This document shows positions 10,740 to 20,619 of a DNA stretch of 64,000 bases, one piece after another; the first letter of the stretch is position 1, and every line of letters starts with the position of its first letter. The DNA lies in the NCBI RefSeq assembly GCF_055900595.2, contig NZ_CM148325.1, one strand, 5' to 3'. The position numbers were made by a program, and so were the translations under genes. Under the pieces are notes generated by a model, which was not told where the DNA came from, did not search any database, and worked only from the letters and a program-made list of their open reading frames with translations.

Positions 10740-11630
10740 ATGCGTAAGTTCATTTTCGTATTGCTGACACTGCTTTTGGTCAGCCCTTTTTCCTTTGCGA
10801 TGAAAGGTATTATCTGGCAACCACAAAACCGTGATAGTCAGGTTACCGATACCCAGTGGCAGGGGCTGATGAGTCAGTTACGTTTGCAAGGCTTCGATAC
10901 CCTGGTTTTGCAATGGACCCGTTACGGCGATGCATTCACCCAGCCAGAACAGCGCGCGTTATTGTTTAAGCGTGCCGCAGCTGCGCAACAGGCTGGCCTG
11001 AAGCTGATTGTCGGGCTGAATGCCGATCCGGAATTTTTTATGCACCAGAAACAGTCATCCGCGGCGCTGGAAAGCTATCTTAATCGCCTGCTGGCTGCCG
11101 ATCTCCAGCAAGCCAGATTATGGAGCGCCGTACCTGGCGTAACGCCGGATGGCTGGTACATCAGCGCGGAAATTGACGACCTGAACTGGCGCAGCGAAGC
11201 CGTCCGTCAGCCCTTGCTAACGTGGTTAAACAATGCGCAGCGGCTGATTAGTGATGTTTCGGCAAAACCGGTTTATATCAGTAGTTTTTTCGCCGGAAAT
11301 ATGTCGCCCGATGGCTATCGCCAACTGCTGGAACACGTTAAAGCAACCGGCGTTAATGTCTGGGTTCAGGATGGCAGCGGCGTTGATAAACTCACCGCTG
11401 AACAGCGTGAACGTTATCTACAGGCCAGCGCCGATTGCCAAAGCTCCGCCCCAGCAAGCGGCATTGTTTATGAACTGTTTGTCGCCGGCAAAGGCAAAAC
11501 CTTTACCGCGAAACCGAAACCGGATGCAGAGATCGCCTCGCTGTTAGCGAAACGTTCCTCTTGCGGTAAAGACACGCTCTATTTCTCTCTGCGCTATTTG
11601 CCCGTCGCGCACGGCATTCTCGAGTATTAA
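10740..11630 (+). CDS. ybcH: YbcH, uncharacterised exported protein
   Basis: 296-aa ORF with signal peptide, abutting the nfrA stop; position matches the K-12 gene order. Confidence 0.75.
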   Translation: MRKFIFVLLTLLLVSPFSFAMKGIIWQPQNRDSQVTDTQWQGLMSQLRLQGFDTLVLQWTRYGDAFTQPEQRALLFKRAAAAQQAGLKLIVGLNADPEFFMHQKQSSAALESYLNRLLAADLQQARLWSAVPGVTPDGWYISAEIDDLNWRSEAVRQPLLTWLNNAQRLISDVSAKPVYISSFFAGNMSPDGYRQLLEHVKATGVNVWVQDGSGVDKLTAEQRERYLQASADCQSSAPASGIVYELFVAGKGKTFTAKPKPDAEIASLLAKRSSCGKDTLYFSLRYLPVAHGILEY

Positions 11631-11812
11631 ATCTCCTCCAGGTAAGTCGGGTACGACCTGGCTTACCTCTTTCGCTCTCGTCAGAATTCCATCAAGATTA
11701 ATTGCTAAAAAGCGTGCTAAAGAAAGAAGATCGTTATCGGCGAACGGGCCGATCACTCATGCAGGAAGCATAGATCCTTTGAGCGGAGTTTCTGATATCT
11801 GAGGAGTGCGAA

Positions 11813-12574
11813 ATGCAATTGAGCAGCAGTGAACCTTGCGTGGTGATCCTGACCGAAAAAGAGGTAGAGGTAAGCGTCAATAACCATGCTACGTTTACCC
11901 TTCCGAAAAACTACCTGGCCGCCTTCGCGTGCAACAATAACGTCATTGAACTCTCAACGTTAAATCACGTATTAATCACCCACATCAACCGTAACATCAT
12001 CAACGATTATCTGTTGTTTTTAAATAAGAACTTAACCTGTGTAAAGCCCTGGTCGCGGCTGGCTACCCCGGTTATCGCTTGTCATAGCCGTACACCGGAA
12101 GTGTTCCGGCTAGCCGCCAACCACAGCAAGCAGCAACCCAGCAAACCCTGCGAAGCGGAGTTGACGCGCGCATTGCTTTTTACCGTATTGTCTAACTTTC
12201 TTGAGCAATCGCGGTTTATTGCCCTACTGATGTATATCTTACGCAGCAGCGTCCGCGACAGCGTCTGCCGCATTATTCAAAGCGATATTCAGCATTACTG
12301 GAATCTGCGAATTGTCGCCAGTTCGCTATGTTTAAGCCCCAGCCTGCTCAAAAAGAAATTAAAAAACGAAAATACCAGCTATAGCCAGATTGTCACAGAG
12401 TGTCGTATGCGTTACGCCGTACAGATGTTATTGATGGATAACAAAAATATCACTCAGGTAGCGCAATTATGTGGCTATAGCAGCACGTCGTACTTTATCT
12501 CTGTTTTTAAGGCGTTTTACGGCCTGACACCGTTGAATTATCTCGCCAAACAGCGACAAAAAGTGATGTGGTGA
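11813..12574 (+). CDS. envY: EnvY AraC-family transcriptional regulator (porin thermoregulation)
   Basis: 253-aa ORF with C-terminal AraC-type HTH (QVAQLCGYSSTSYFISVFKAFYGLTP); AT-rich gene. Confidence 0.85.
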   Translation: MQLSSSEPCVVILTEKEVEVSVNNHATFTLPKNYLAAFACNNNVIELSTLNHVLITHINRNIINDYLLFLNKNLTCVKPWSRLATPVIACHSRTPEVFRLAANHSKQQPSKPCEAELTRALLFTVLSNFLEQSRFIALLMYILRSSVRDSVCRIIQSDIQHYWNLRIVASSLCLSPSLLKKKLKNENTSYSQIVTECRMRYAVQMLLMDNKNITQVAQLCGYSSTSYFISVFKAFYGLTPLNYLAKQRQKVMW

Positions 12575-12617
12575 AGGGCAAAGCGGAAACAGATAAGACT
12601 GGCATAAATCAAGAAGA

Positions 12618-12664
12618 AATGGCGCGCCCTGCAGGATTCGAACCTGCGGCCCACGACTTAGAAG
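12618..12664. repeat. Prophage attachment-site repeat (attR): 47-bp identical copy of the 3' part of argU
   Basis: 12618-12664 is identical to 53560-53606 (3' 45 nt of the argU tRNA plus 2 nt), then diverges; marks the distal prophage boundary. Confidence 0.8.
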
Positions 12665-13086
12665 TTCCTAGAACGACATTTTAAGTCAACAACTTACCGC
12701 GCCATCTCTGCGCTCACACGTCCCACTACCTCAAAACATGTAAAGCCTTGCAAGCCATTGTGAGGCCTTATGTGTCTCAGTTTTGTCCCTCTTTTTTGTA
12801 CTAAAAAACATAGTAATTGAGGATAAACCTCATGCTATTTTCGCTTATATGCCTCTAAAGGCATGGCACTTAAATAGATAAAAGCACCACAAAAGCATAA
12901 AAAACCACACAGTAAAACCGCAATATGAAACAATAACAGATAATTAAACCAAAAACAGATAGCGCATTGTGATAATCATTCAATACTAAACAAAATATAA
13001 ACAGTGGAGCAATATGTAATTGACTCATTAAGTTAGATATAAAAAATACATATTCAATCATTAAAACGATTGAATGGAGAACTTTT

Positions 13087-14040
13087 ATGCGGGCGAAACT
13101 TCTGGGAATATTCCTGACAACCCCTATTGCGATCAGCTCTTTTGCTTCTACCGAGACTTTATCGTTTACTCCTGACAACATAAATGCGGACATTAGTCTT
13201 GGAACTCTGAGCGGAAAAACAAAAGAGCGTGTTTATCTAGCCGAAGAAGGAGGCCGAAAAGTCAGTCAACTCGACTGGAAATTCAATAACGCTGCAATTA
13301 TTAAAGGTGCAATTAATTGGGATTTGATGCCCCAGATATCTATTGGGGCTGCGGGCTGGACTACTCTCGGCAGCCGAGGTGGCAATATGGTCGATCAGGA
13401 CTGGATGGATTCCAGTAACCCCGGAACCTGGACAGATGAAAGTAGGCACCCTGATACACAACTCAATTATGCCAACGAATTTGATCTGAATATAAAAGGC
13501 TGGCTCCTCAACGAACCCAATTACCGCCTGGGACTCATGGCCGGATATCAGGAAAGCCGTTATAGCTTTACAGCCAGAGGTGGTTCCTATATCTACAGTT
13601 CTGAGGAGGGATTCAGAGATGATATCGGCTCCTTCCCGAATGGAGAAAGAGCAATCGGCTACAAACAACGTTTTAAAATGCCCTACATTGGCTTGACTGG
13701 AAGTTATCGTTATGAAGATTTTGAGCTAGGTGGCACATTTAAATACAGCGGCTGGGTGGAAGCATCTGATAACGATGAGCACTATGACCCAGGAAAAAGA
13801 ATCACTTATCGCAGTAAAGTCAAAGACCAAAATTACTATTCTGTTGCAGTCAATGCAGGTTATTACGTAACACCTAACGCAAAAGTTTATGTTGAAGGCG
13901 CATGGAATCGGGTTACGAATAAAAAAGGTAATACTTCACTTTATGATCACAATGATAACACTTCAGACTACAGCAAAAATGGTGCAGGCATAGAAAACTA
14001 TAACTTCATCACTACTGCTGGTCTTAAGTACACATTTTAA
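13087..14040 (+). CDS. ompT: OmpT outer-membrane protease (omptin)
   Basis: 317-aa ORF with signal peptide and omptin family sequence; classical DLP12 b-region cargo. Confidence 0.9.
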   Translation: MRAKLLGIFLTTPIAISSFASTETLSFTPDNINADISLGTLSGKTKERVYLAEEGGRKVSQLDWKFNNAAIIKGAINWDLMPQISIGAAGWTTLGSRGGNMVDQDWMDSSNPGTWTDESRHPDTQLNYANEFDLNIKGWLLNEPNYRLGLMAGYQESRYSFTARGGSYIYSSEEGFRDDIGSFPNGERAIGYKQRFKMPYIGLTGSYRYEDFELGGTFKYSGWVEASDNDEHYDPGKRITYRSKVKDQNYYSVAVNAGYYVTPNAKVYVEGAWNRVTNKKGNTSLYDHNDNTSDYSKNGAGIENYNFITTAGLKYTF

Positions 14041-14289
14041 GAACGCCAACTAAAATTTCCCCGAGGTGAAAATCGCCCCGGGGAATAACTAGCCATTTCA
14101 ATGTAACAATTAACCCTTAAAATAAACCCAGAAGGTTATTAACTAAATCACATAGAAAACCATCAATTATAGTGTGTATAAAATAGCCGACAGCAACCCA
14201 ATTACAAATTAATGGTTCCAGAATATCACATCAAAAAACACGCTGTATAATATTATAATTAACATGTAGACAACTTGTAATAAACATTA

Positions 14290-15039
14290 TCAGTCAATTG
14301 TTTTGTTTATTCCATCTGTGACGCCGATTATTTTCTCAAAATAATGAGATGGCGTGACACCATAATAATCTTTAAATGCACATATGAAATATGAAGTACT
14401 GTTATAGCCACATTTCTGGGCTACGACATTGATAGAATAAGAGTTTGAAGTTATGAGTTTTTTTGCATACCTCATCCTAGTATCTCTCAATATTTCAGTA
14501 AATGACGTTCCTTCATCCCTTAATCTTTTTTTTATTAAACTTTCACTCGTATAAATCAATTCCGCAATATCTTTTAAATGCCATTGCCGCTCAATATTAA
14601 AACTGATTATTCCAGTAATTTTACATGTAAATGTATTTATATTTGTTAGTATAAATGAATTTACACTTTCGCGTTTTTTGAACATGGCAAGTAAGGATAT
14701 ACATAGTCTTTCTTTTAACCAAAGGGAGTGTGAGTCTGCTATTTTAATCCCTTCAAACAGAGAAAAAACAAGCGATAATGGAGGTTCCTCTTCAGCAATA
14801 TAGCCATTCTTATCAAGAGTAAATTTGCCAGGCAACTCATTATTCACGTCGATAAAAAAGGATAAACATGTTTTCTTATCTATATCAACAATTCTTAGTT
14901 TAGAGGGGCATACTGGTAACTCTCTTCTAATTTTGTCGCTTACAATAAACAATGAATTTTTTTTGAACGAGATAACTCTCCTGTTTATAATTAAATCAAA
15001 TGATTGACAGATGAAAACTACGGAGCAAACATAATCCAT
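14290..15039 (-). CDS. appY: AppY AraC-family transcriptional activator
   Basis: 249-aa AT-rich ORF with C-terminal AraC HTH ([26 protein letters not shown]). Confidence 0.85.
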
Positions 15040-15714
15040 CTTGCACCTATCATAAAATTAAAACAAGTTGATAGTAGTCAAATAACAGCCAATTAAATAC
15101 ACAATCATAATCAGGATGATGTGCATTTATATTTTTATACACAAAATTATAGTTTGCAAATTTTAATAAGTTTCATTTAAGATTAAATTATTATATGTAT
15201 ATTGTTTTTTATTCTAACGTATTTCAAAGTTACATTTTTCAACGCTTACTATGCTTTTTATTAACATAAACTCACTACAACGCACCTGAAACCTCTTGCT
15301 ATATATATGTCAACCGTTTGAATTTAAAATAAAAAGAGTATCATTTTTACTTGCATTTCTTATCAAGTCACATTCAACAACAGTAAAAAAACATTATTAG
15401 AACCATTCAATTAACAAAAAACCAACATCCAGCTTGCTTAATTTTTCTTTATTAAACGATATTGAAAATCAATTGATAAAATACATCTAAACAACCTTTT
15501 GGGGCGCAAAAGCATAACATCAAACAAACAAATAACACACCGAAAAAACTCACAATTAATAACCTATGATATACATACTGTTTATTATGGTTGAATAAGC
15601 CACTCGATATCTGGTGCTACGGAAGTGTCCACACGGTTTAGCAGCACCCGATACTTTTTCCAGGCTTCCAGCAACGAGTTTTCTTCCTCCGTTGCATATA
15701 CAGCTCACCTTTTT

Positions 15715-16008
15715 TCACCCACGATTAACCAACAGCCAGACCAGCAGACACGCCACCACCGGCACAGCAAAATCCATCAGGCTTGCCACATCCCATGCAC
15801 GTGTATCAAAACCGCCCCACCACGGCATATTCATTCGCTTGCCATGCCCGAACATTTCGATCCAGCGATATTCTGCCTGGGTGTGTTCACGCGCAATGAA
15901 GAACGTACAACCGGCTATCGCCCCGTAAGCCCAGTTTCCGGTAAAAAGACCAACCAGTACCTGCGCAGCCACAGCACAAAGTGCATGAAGGAAAGGTGTT
16001 ATATCCAT
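15715..16008 (-). CDS. Small hydrophobic membrane protein, function unknown, at the end of the tail-fibre remnant
   Basis: 97-aa ORF with two predicted transmembrane stretches; chosen over the overlapping plus-strand ORF 15625-16170 because of coherent hydrophobic segments and co-orientation with neighbouring phage genes. Confidence 0.4.
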   Translation of the reverse strand: MDITPFLHALCAVAAQVLVGLFTGNWAYGAIAGCTFFIAREHTQAEYRWIEMFGHGKRMNMPWWGGFDTRAWDVASLMDFAVPVVACLLVWLLVNRG

Positions 16009-16018
16009 TATTCCTCCT

Positions 16019-16723
16019 TTATCCGATATCGCTTCGGGAAGTTAATAACAACTTTAATTCTGACTCAAGTTCATCAACTCTTTCAGTCAGCTTCTGGATA
16101 TGGTGAATCAGTGGAACAACCAGACGTTCGTACATTACACCTTCGGCAACAAGGCCATTGCTGGAAATAGCTTCAGGAGCATCATCTTCGTTAGCTGGTC
16201 GCCAGTGTACAAACTGAGGGGCAATTTCTCCTACTTCCTCGGCAATCAATCCGTAGAACCCCCAGTCACGCCTGTCATTTTCGCATTGCGACCTGTACCA
16301 CACAGGGCGCATCCTGAAAATGACATCGGCGTGCTCTGAATCTATCGTCTCTACTGAATGTTTATAGCGGATAGACGATGTGGACCGCAGTACAGACGAA
16401 ATTGCAGGGTCAGGATTAAGATAAAGGTTTGCCGCCGCAGTAGTCGTGCCCAACCCCCATAAATAAAACGCTTCGCGGCCAGTCAGCGGGTAAAAATCAC
16501 CGCCATAACGACCGCTTTCCAGATCGTTCGCTTCCACTTTGTTTTTCAGCTTATTATCAACTTCAGTTTTTGTGTATCTGGTGCTGATATCCTGCTTTGC
16601 ACTGGTCATATCAATCTGAAGCGTTGATACTTTTCCGTTAATTGAGGAAATATCTTCCTTAGTTTTACTGACATCTCCCTTTAGCGTGGTGATATCTCCA
16701 GGAATTACTGTCGATGTAGCCAT
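16019..16723 (-). CDS. Phage tail-fibre C-terminal domain protein (coiled-coil plus putative chaperone-like C-terminus)
   Basis: 234-aa ORF; heptad-rich N-terminal half (TTLKGDVSKTKEDISSINGKVSTLQIDMTSAKQDIS) and C-terminal coiled coil typical of tail-fibre/spike tips. Confidence 0.5.
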   Translation of the reverse strand: MATSTVIPGDITTLKGDVSKTKEDISSINGKVSTLQIDMTSAKQDISTRYTKTEVDNKLKNKVEANDLESGRYGGDFYPLTGREAFYLWGLGTTTAAANLYLNPDPAISSVLRSTSSIRYKHSVETIDSEHADVIFRMRPVWYRSQCENDRRDWGFYGLIAEEVGEIAPQFVHWRPANEDDAPEAISSNGLVAEGVMYERLVVPLIHHIQKLTERVDELESELKLLLTSRSDIG

Positions 16724-16732
16724 TTGTCTCCC

Positions 16733-17014
16733 TCACATCCAGCCACGAAGTTGATGCTCAACAACAACCGCGTATTCATCGAATATTGACGGTGTTTTCA
16801 CATCATTAATGATGCGCACGTTTACAAAATATCCGTCTTCCTTAACACATACCGGCTCGCCATCTTCAGTAATTTCCCCGGTTTCTTTGTACACGTTACC
16901 TATCACATCAATGAGAACATTGTTCTGCATCACCTCGTCATCGTCATAACCAATGCTATCCATAAAGGCCGAAAAGTCGGCCTTGTCTGTGAATTTGATA
17001 ATTAAGTCTCGCAT
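16733..17014 (-). CDS. Hypothetical phage protein
   Basis: 93-aa acidic ORF, start overlaps the upstream tail-fibre-like gene stop (operon-like). Confidence 0.4.
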   Translation of the reverse strand: MRDLIIKFTDKADFSAFMDSIGYDDDEVMQNNVLIDVIGNVYKETGEITEDGEPVCVKEDGYFVNVRIINDVKTPSIFDEYAVVVEHQLRGWM

Positions 17015-18024
17015 TATATTACCTCTCCCATTTGTGCATCGGTTAATTCTTTATGCCATATACGAAAATTACGAATGTGACCGAAAAGATGACGTAGACC
17101 GCTATTAGTCTGTCCCCCAATCCTGAAGAAATAACCAGATTTAACACCGACATGATCCGTGGTTTTAGGAGTCCCATGCTGGGCATTGCTAACGAAATGC
17201 ACATTACCAGATTCATTTAAAACAAATCCAAGAACAGATTTTTGTTCAAATAATACTGGCGATACGGCGGCTACTGTACTACCGTTTTTATTGTGCATCG
17301 TAACACCAGGAAATAATGTTGAACTAATAGCAACACTTATATATTGACCCGGAGTTGTGCTCCCACCACTGGTATCAAAAATTCGTGGTGCTGCATTTGG
17401 CGTTTCGTTCCAGTTTGTATGAACTTCAGCTAGAAATGTTAAAGGTGGTGTACCGATATTGTTATTTGTTGGTATATTCACCATATCACTGGCTCTTGTG
17501 ACTGGCGTTGCCTCAGTAATAATAAACGAAGAAGCGCACGAACCGCCTTCGACCTGAGGAGTTGCAACATAAATATAATCATCTGCACCAGTGCTTCCCC
17601 CTTTTGGTGGTGCATATTGCACCATCGCACCGATCATATTTTCTGTATCAAGTGCCTTAATTGTTGCCTCAAAGAAAATCCATTTGCTTGCTTCATTTTT
17701 AACAGCCCTTGCAGTAATACGACTTGCAGCGCCGCCAGTTTTATCAATCGATAAATCTGTCATATTTAAGTAAGCATCACCCAGGAATTTGTAGGTAGAT
17801 CCATCATATTCTTCAAATCGTAATCGACATCTTAAATTTGGAGTCCCACTTTGTACCCTGCATGAGATAGTTACATACTTTTCATCGCCGGTAACATCAT
17901 ATCCTTTGCTTCCAGATACTGTGACAATAGAAATGGCTGAGGTTTGCCCCACCATTTCTGGTTTTAATGTGAATTTTGCGTACTGGAAACCAAAATCATC
18001 TACACCTGATGTATTTAAAATCAT
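17014..18024 (-). CDS. Phage tail fibre / receptor-binding-like protein, 5' end abutting IS1 (possibly truncated)
   Basis: ORF 17014-18048 begins with a non-ATG start inside IS1; first ATG (MILNTSG) at 18024; Gly/Thr/Ser-rich beta-type sequence with C-terminal motif NFRIWHKELTDAQMGEVI resembling lectin-like tail-fibre tips. Confidence 0.5.
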   Translation of the reverse strand: MILNTSGVDDFGFQYAKFTLKPEMVGQTSAISIVTVSGSKGYDVTGDEKYVTISCRVQSGTPNLRCRLRFEEYDGSTYKFLGDAYLNMTDLSIDKTGGAASRITARAVKNEASKWIFFEATIKALDTENMIGAMVQYAPPKGGSTGADDYIYVATPQVEGGSCASSFIITEATPVTRASDMVNIPTNNNIGTPPLTFLAEVHTNWNETPNAAPRIFDTSGGSTTPGQYISVAISSTLFPGVTMHNKNGSTVAAVSPVLFEQKSVLGFVLNESGNVHFVSNAQHGTPKTTDHVGVKSGYFFRIGGQTNSGLRHLFGHIRNFRIWHKELTDAQMGEVI

Positions 18025-18049
18025 ATTTGATGACGGTAATGACTCCAAC

Positions 18050-18553
18050 TTATTGATAGTGTTTTATGTTCAGATAATGCCCGATGACTTTGTCATGCAG
18101 CTCCACCGATTTTGAGAACGACAGCGACTTCCGTCCCAGCCGTGCCAGGTGCTGCCTCAGATTCAGGTTATGCCGCTCAATTCGCTGCGTATATCGCTTG
18201 CTGATTACGTGCAGCTTTCCCTTCAGGCGGGATTCATACAGCGGCCAGCCATCCGTCATCCATATCACCACGTCAAAGGGTGACAGCAGGCTCATAAGAC
18301 GCCCCAGCGTCGCCATAGTGCGTTCACCGAATACGTGCGCAACAACCGTCTTCCGGAGCCTGTCATACGCGTAAAACAGCCAGCGCTGGCGCGATTTAGC
18401 CCCGACATAGCCCCACTGTTCGTCCATTTCCGCACAGACGATGACGTCACTGCCCGGCTGTATGCGCGAGGTTACCGACTGCGGCCTGAGTTTTTTAAGT
18501 GACGTAAAATCGTGTTGAGGCCAACGCCCATAATGCGGGCAGTTGCCCGGCAT
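18050..18553 (-). CDS. insB: IS1 transposase InsB
   Basis: 167-aa ORF identical in character to IS1 InsB ([25 protein letters not shown]...). Confidence 0.95.
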
Positions 18554-18747
18554 CCAACGCCATTCATGGCCATATCAATGATTTTCTGGTGCGTACCGGG
18601 TTGAGAAGCGGTGTAAGTGAACTGCAGTTGCCATGTTTTACGGCAGTGAGAGCAGAGATAGCGCTGATGTCCGGCGGTGCTTTTGCCGTTACGCACCACC
18701 CCGTCAGTAGCTGAACAGGAGGGACAGCTGATAGAAACAGAAGCCAC
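18472..18747 (-). CDS. insA: IS1 protein InsA
   Basis: 91-aa [43 protein letters not shown]..., classic InsA with zinc finger. Confidence 0.95.
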
Positions 18748-18797
18748 TGGAGCACCTCAAAAACACCATCATACACTAAATCAGTAAGTTGGCAGCA

Positions 18798-19430
18798 TCA
18801 CCCATTACCGCCCATAATGATGATATTAGTGACGCCCTCACTAAATTCTGCGTAGCTCTCAATATCATCATTTGGATCAAAAGTTTCTTTATCCTTACCT
18901 GACCACTCAGCACCGCCAGACTGAGTGATGATATTTTGTGGTTTAATATTCCAGTCCAGCTCATAACGTTCAATACCATCGCCCTCAATGATATTTTTCC
19001 CCGTTGTGATTGCCTGAACGGCAAGCCATTCAATACGTGCACGAATAGCTTTAGCCTGATTTACAATCGCCTGTTTAACTTTAATATTACGCGCTCCAAA
19101 AGCATTGTATTGCTCAGGTGATACACCAGCAGGGCGCACAGCTAACTTATTTGGATCAATGCTGCTTTTCGGCTTCATATAGCCTGGACGAATTGTTTTT
19201 GATTCGAACCCTTCGTCACGTGAAACTTTACTACCCACCATAGGAGAACAAAACGCTGCAATTGGGATATTTGGATCGTCGATTGTATCAAGAATAATAT
19301 CGCGCGATTCAAACATTACCGAGCGAGTAAAAAACAAACTGGTAAACAACGCATTTAGTTGTTTTTGTACATCTACAGCATTAACCACCTGTACAAGCTG
19401 AGTAGGCGAATATAAATCAACCATACGCAT
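18798..19430 (-). pseudogene. Divergent lambda-E-family major capsid protein gene, 3' end truncated by IS1
   Basis: From Met at about 19430 the translation aligns with lambda gpE (FFTRSVMFESRD..., PGYMKPK, NIITQSGGAEWSGKDKETFDPNDDIESYA) and terminates at the IS1 junction after NIII, roughly half the length of gpE. Confidence 0.65.
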
Positions 19431-19640
19431 CCTCTTTGCATTCATTAAAAATAATTGTGGATATATGCTATCACCGATATTTGTCATGCGAACACATGCA
19501 ACCGAGTGCAATGTTGTATAAAGTTTTGGGGTGACAACTTCAGTGCGGACAATTAGTGTTAATATCTTCACTCCCTTTGGTCGGGATTTATGTAGCATGC
19601 CGGAAAATTTATTTTTTCTGGCTTTTTTTATTGGCAATAT

Positions 19641-20090
19641 TTAAAACGGGATATCATCTCCCCATTGCTCATTATCTCCCACTGGTGGCTGGCTTCCTTG
19701 CTGATCTGCCTGTTGTTTTGCTCTGTTCAGTGCGTCAGTAGCCTGCCCCTGTTGGCCTTTATTGCCGCCCGGTCGCACCGATCGCGCACTGATTACGCTG
19801 TCTGCGATAACCTGCCAGCCCTGCCGCGTTTCGCCGTTCTGTCCAGTCCACTGGCTCATCTGCATGTTACCCGCCACGCTCAGGAGTTCGCCTTTGTGAT
19901 GCTTTGCCAGCGCGTCGGCTTGTCTGCCAAACGCCAGGACAGATAACCACATCGTCGCCTGACCGTCATCCGACTGACTGCAGGGCAGTGATACCGCCAT
20001 ACGCGCCAGCGTCATGGGGGTGCCCTTGCTGGTCTGTTTTGTCTGCGGGTCGTCCACCAACCGCCCGTAAACTGATATTTGCGCCGTCAT
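19641..20090 (-). CDS. ssb: Single-stranded DNA-binding protein (SSB), phage/plasmid type
   Basis: 149-aa ORF with OB-fold-like N-terminus, Gly/Gln-rich linker and acidic C-terminal tail ending DDIPF. Confidence 0.8.
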   Translation of the reverse strand: MTAQISVYGRLVDDPQTKQTSKGTPMTLARMAVSLPCSQSDDGQATMWLSVLAFGRQADALAKHHKGELLSVAGNMQMSQWTGQNGETRQGWQVIADSVISARSVRPGGNKGQQGQATDALNRAKQQADQQGSQPPVGDNEQWGDDIPF

Positions 20091-20332
20091 GCTGCCTGCT
20101 CTCCGGACTTAATATTGATTGTTGTCACTTCCTCCGCTTCAGCAATCTCCCGTTCGGTCAGAGTGGCAAAGTTTGCAGCCGCCGTTGTCATGAATGCGCT
20201 AATCAGTTCGGGATGTGCTTTCGCGTATCCTTCCCCGGCGTTGCGGTCGATGATTTTTATCGACACCCTTAACCAGTGTTCCGTCAAATCAAGGGCGTGC
20301 GATTGTGATTTTTTTGTGTGCTTCGCTGTCAT
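20087..20332 (-). CDS. Hypothetical protein upstream of ssb
   Basis: 81-aa ORF overlapping the ssb start by 4 nt. Confidence 0.4.
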   Translation of the reverse strand: MTAKHTKKSQSHALDLTEHWLRVSIKIIDRNAGEGYAKAHPELISAFMTTAAANFATLTEREIAEAEEVTTINIKSGEQAA

Positions 20333-20384
20333 AGGCTTTATCTCACAGCAGTAAATTAAAATTTTTGCGTTTTAACCCTTCACC

Positions 20385-20605
20385 TGTTCACCTTTTGATA
20401 TTTTCTCTTTTAATTCATAATGTTAATGGGTGAACAGTTTCACAAAAACTATTCACCAACTGTTCACCACTGTTCACCCTTGAAGCTCAATAAACAATCA
20501 AAAAGGTGAACAGTGAATAGTTTGGTGAACAGTTCATAAATAACTGTTCACCCTATAATATACTGATATAAAAGATATTTATGACAGGGTGAACAGTGGT
20601 GAACA
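20385..20605. repeat. P4-type replication origin/crr-like iteron cluster (TGTTCACC octamers)
   Basis: Nine copies of TGTTCACC / GGTGAACA in both orientations (20385, 20429, 20461, 20471, 20505, 20524, 20545, 20588, 20598) with an AT-rich stretch, immediately 3' of the primase gene. Confidence 0.75.
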
Positions 20606-20619
20606 GTTATTCCATAAGT

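Larger units (their letters stand above)
18035..18802 (-). mobile_element. IS1 insertion sequence (768 bp)
   Basis: Terminal inverted repeats GGTAATGACTCCAACTTATTGAT (18035) and ATCAGTAAGTTGGCAGCATCACC (ending 18802); contains insA and insB; flanking 9-mers differ (no target-site duplication). Confidence 0.95.

Noticed and set aside
8019-10826. Many minus-strand ORFs (60-170 aa) inside nfrA
   Set aside because: Entirely nested antisense within the 990-aa nfrA gene, Arg/Pro-rich translations characteristic of wrong-frame GC-rich sequence.
11544-11756. 70-aa minus-strand ORF between ybcH and envY
   Set aside because: Overlaps the ybcH 3' end on the opposite strand, has no ribosome-binding context or family resemblance.
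12618-12664. tRNA-like sequence considered as a second tRNA gene
   Set aside because: Only the 3' 45 nt of argU is present; the 5' half and anticodon arm are missing, so it is an attachment-site remnant rather than a functional tRNA.
12870-13193. 107-aa minus-strand ORF in the AT-rich region upstream of ompT
   Set aside because: Overlaps the ompT start and promoter region; low-complexity hydrophobic translation typical of AT-rich noncoding DNA.
14059-14083. CCCCGAGG...CCCCGGGG stem-loop after ompT considered as an intrinsic terminator
   Set aside because: Stem has a mismatch and a 9-nt loop, and no T-tract follows; kept out of the feature list as too weak.
15625-16170. 181-aa plus-strand ORF overlapping the 97-aa membrane-protein ORF
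   Set aside because: Opposite strand to all neighbouring phage genes and translation is low-complexity; the minus-strand ORF was preferred, though neither is certain.
20385-20605. Clustered short repeats considered as a possible CRISPR array
   Set aside because: Repeats are 8-bp octamers in both orientations with irregular spacing, no 25-40 bp repeat/spacer periodicity and no cas genes; they fit P4-type origin iterons.
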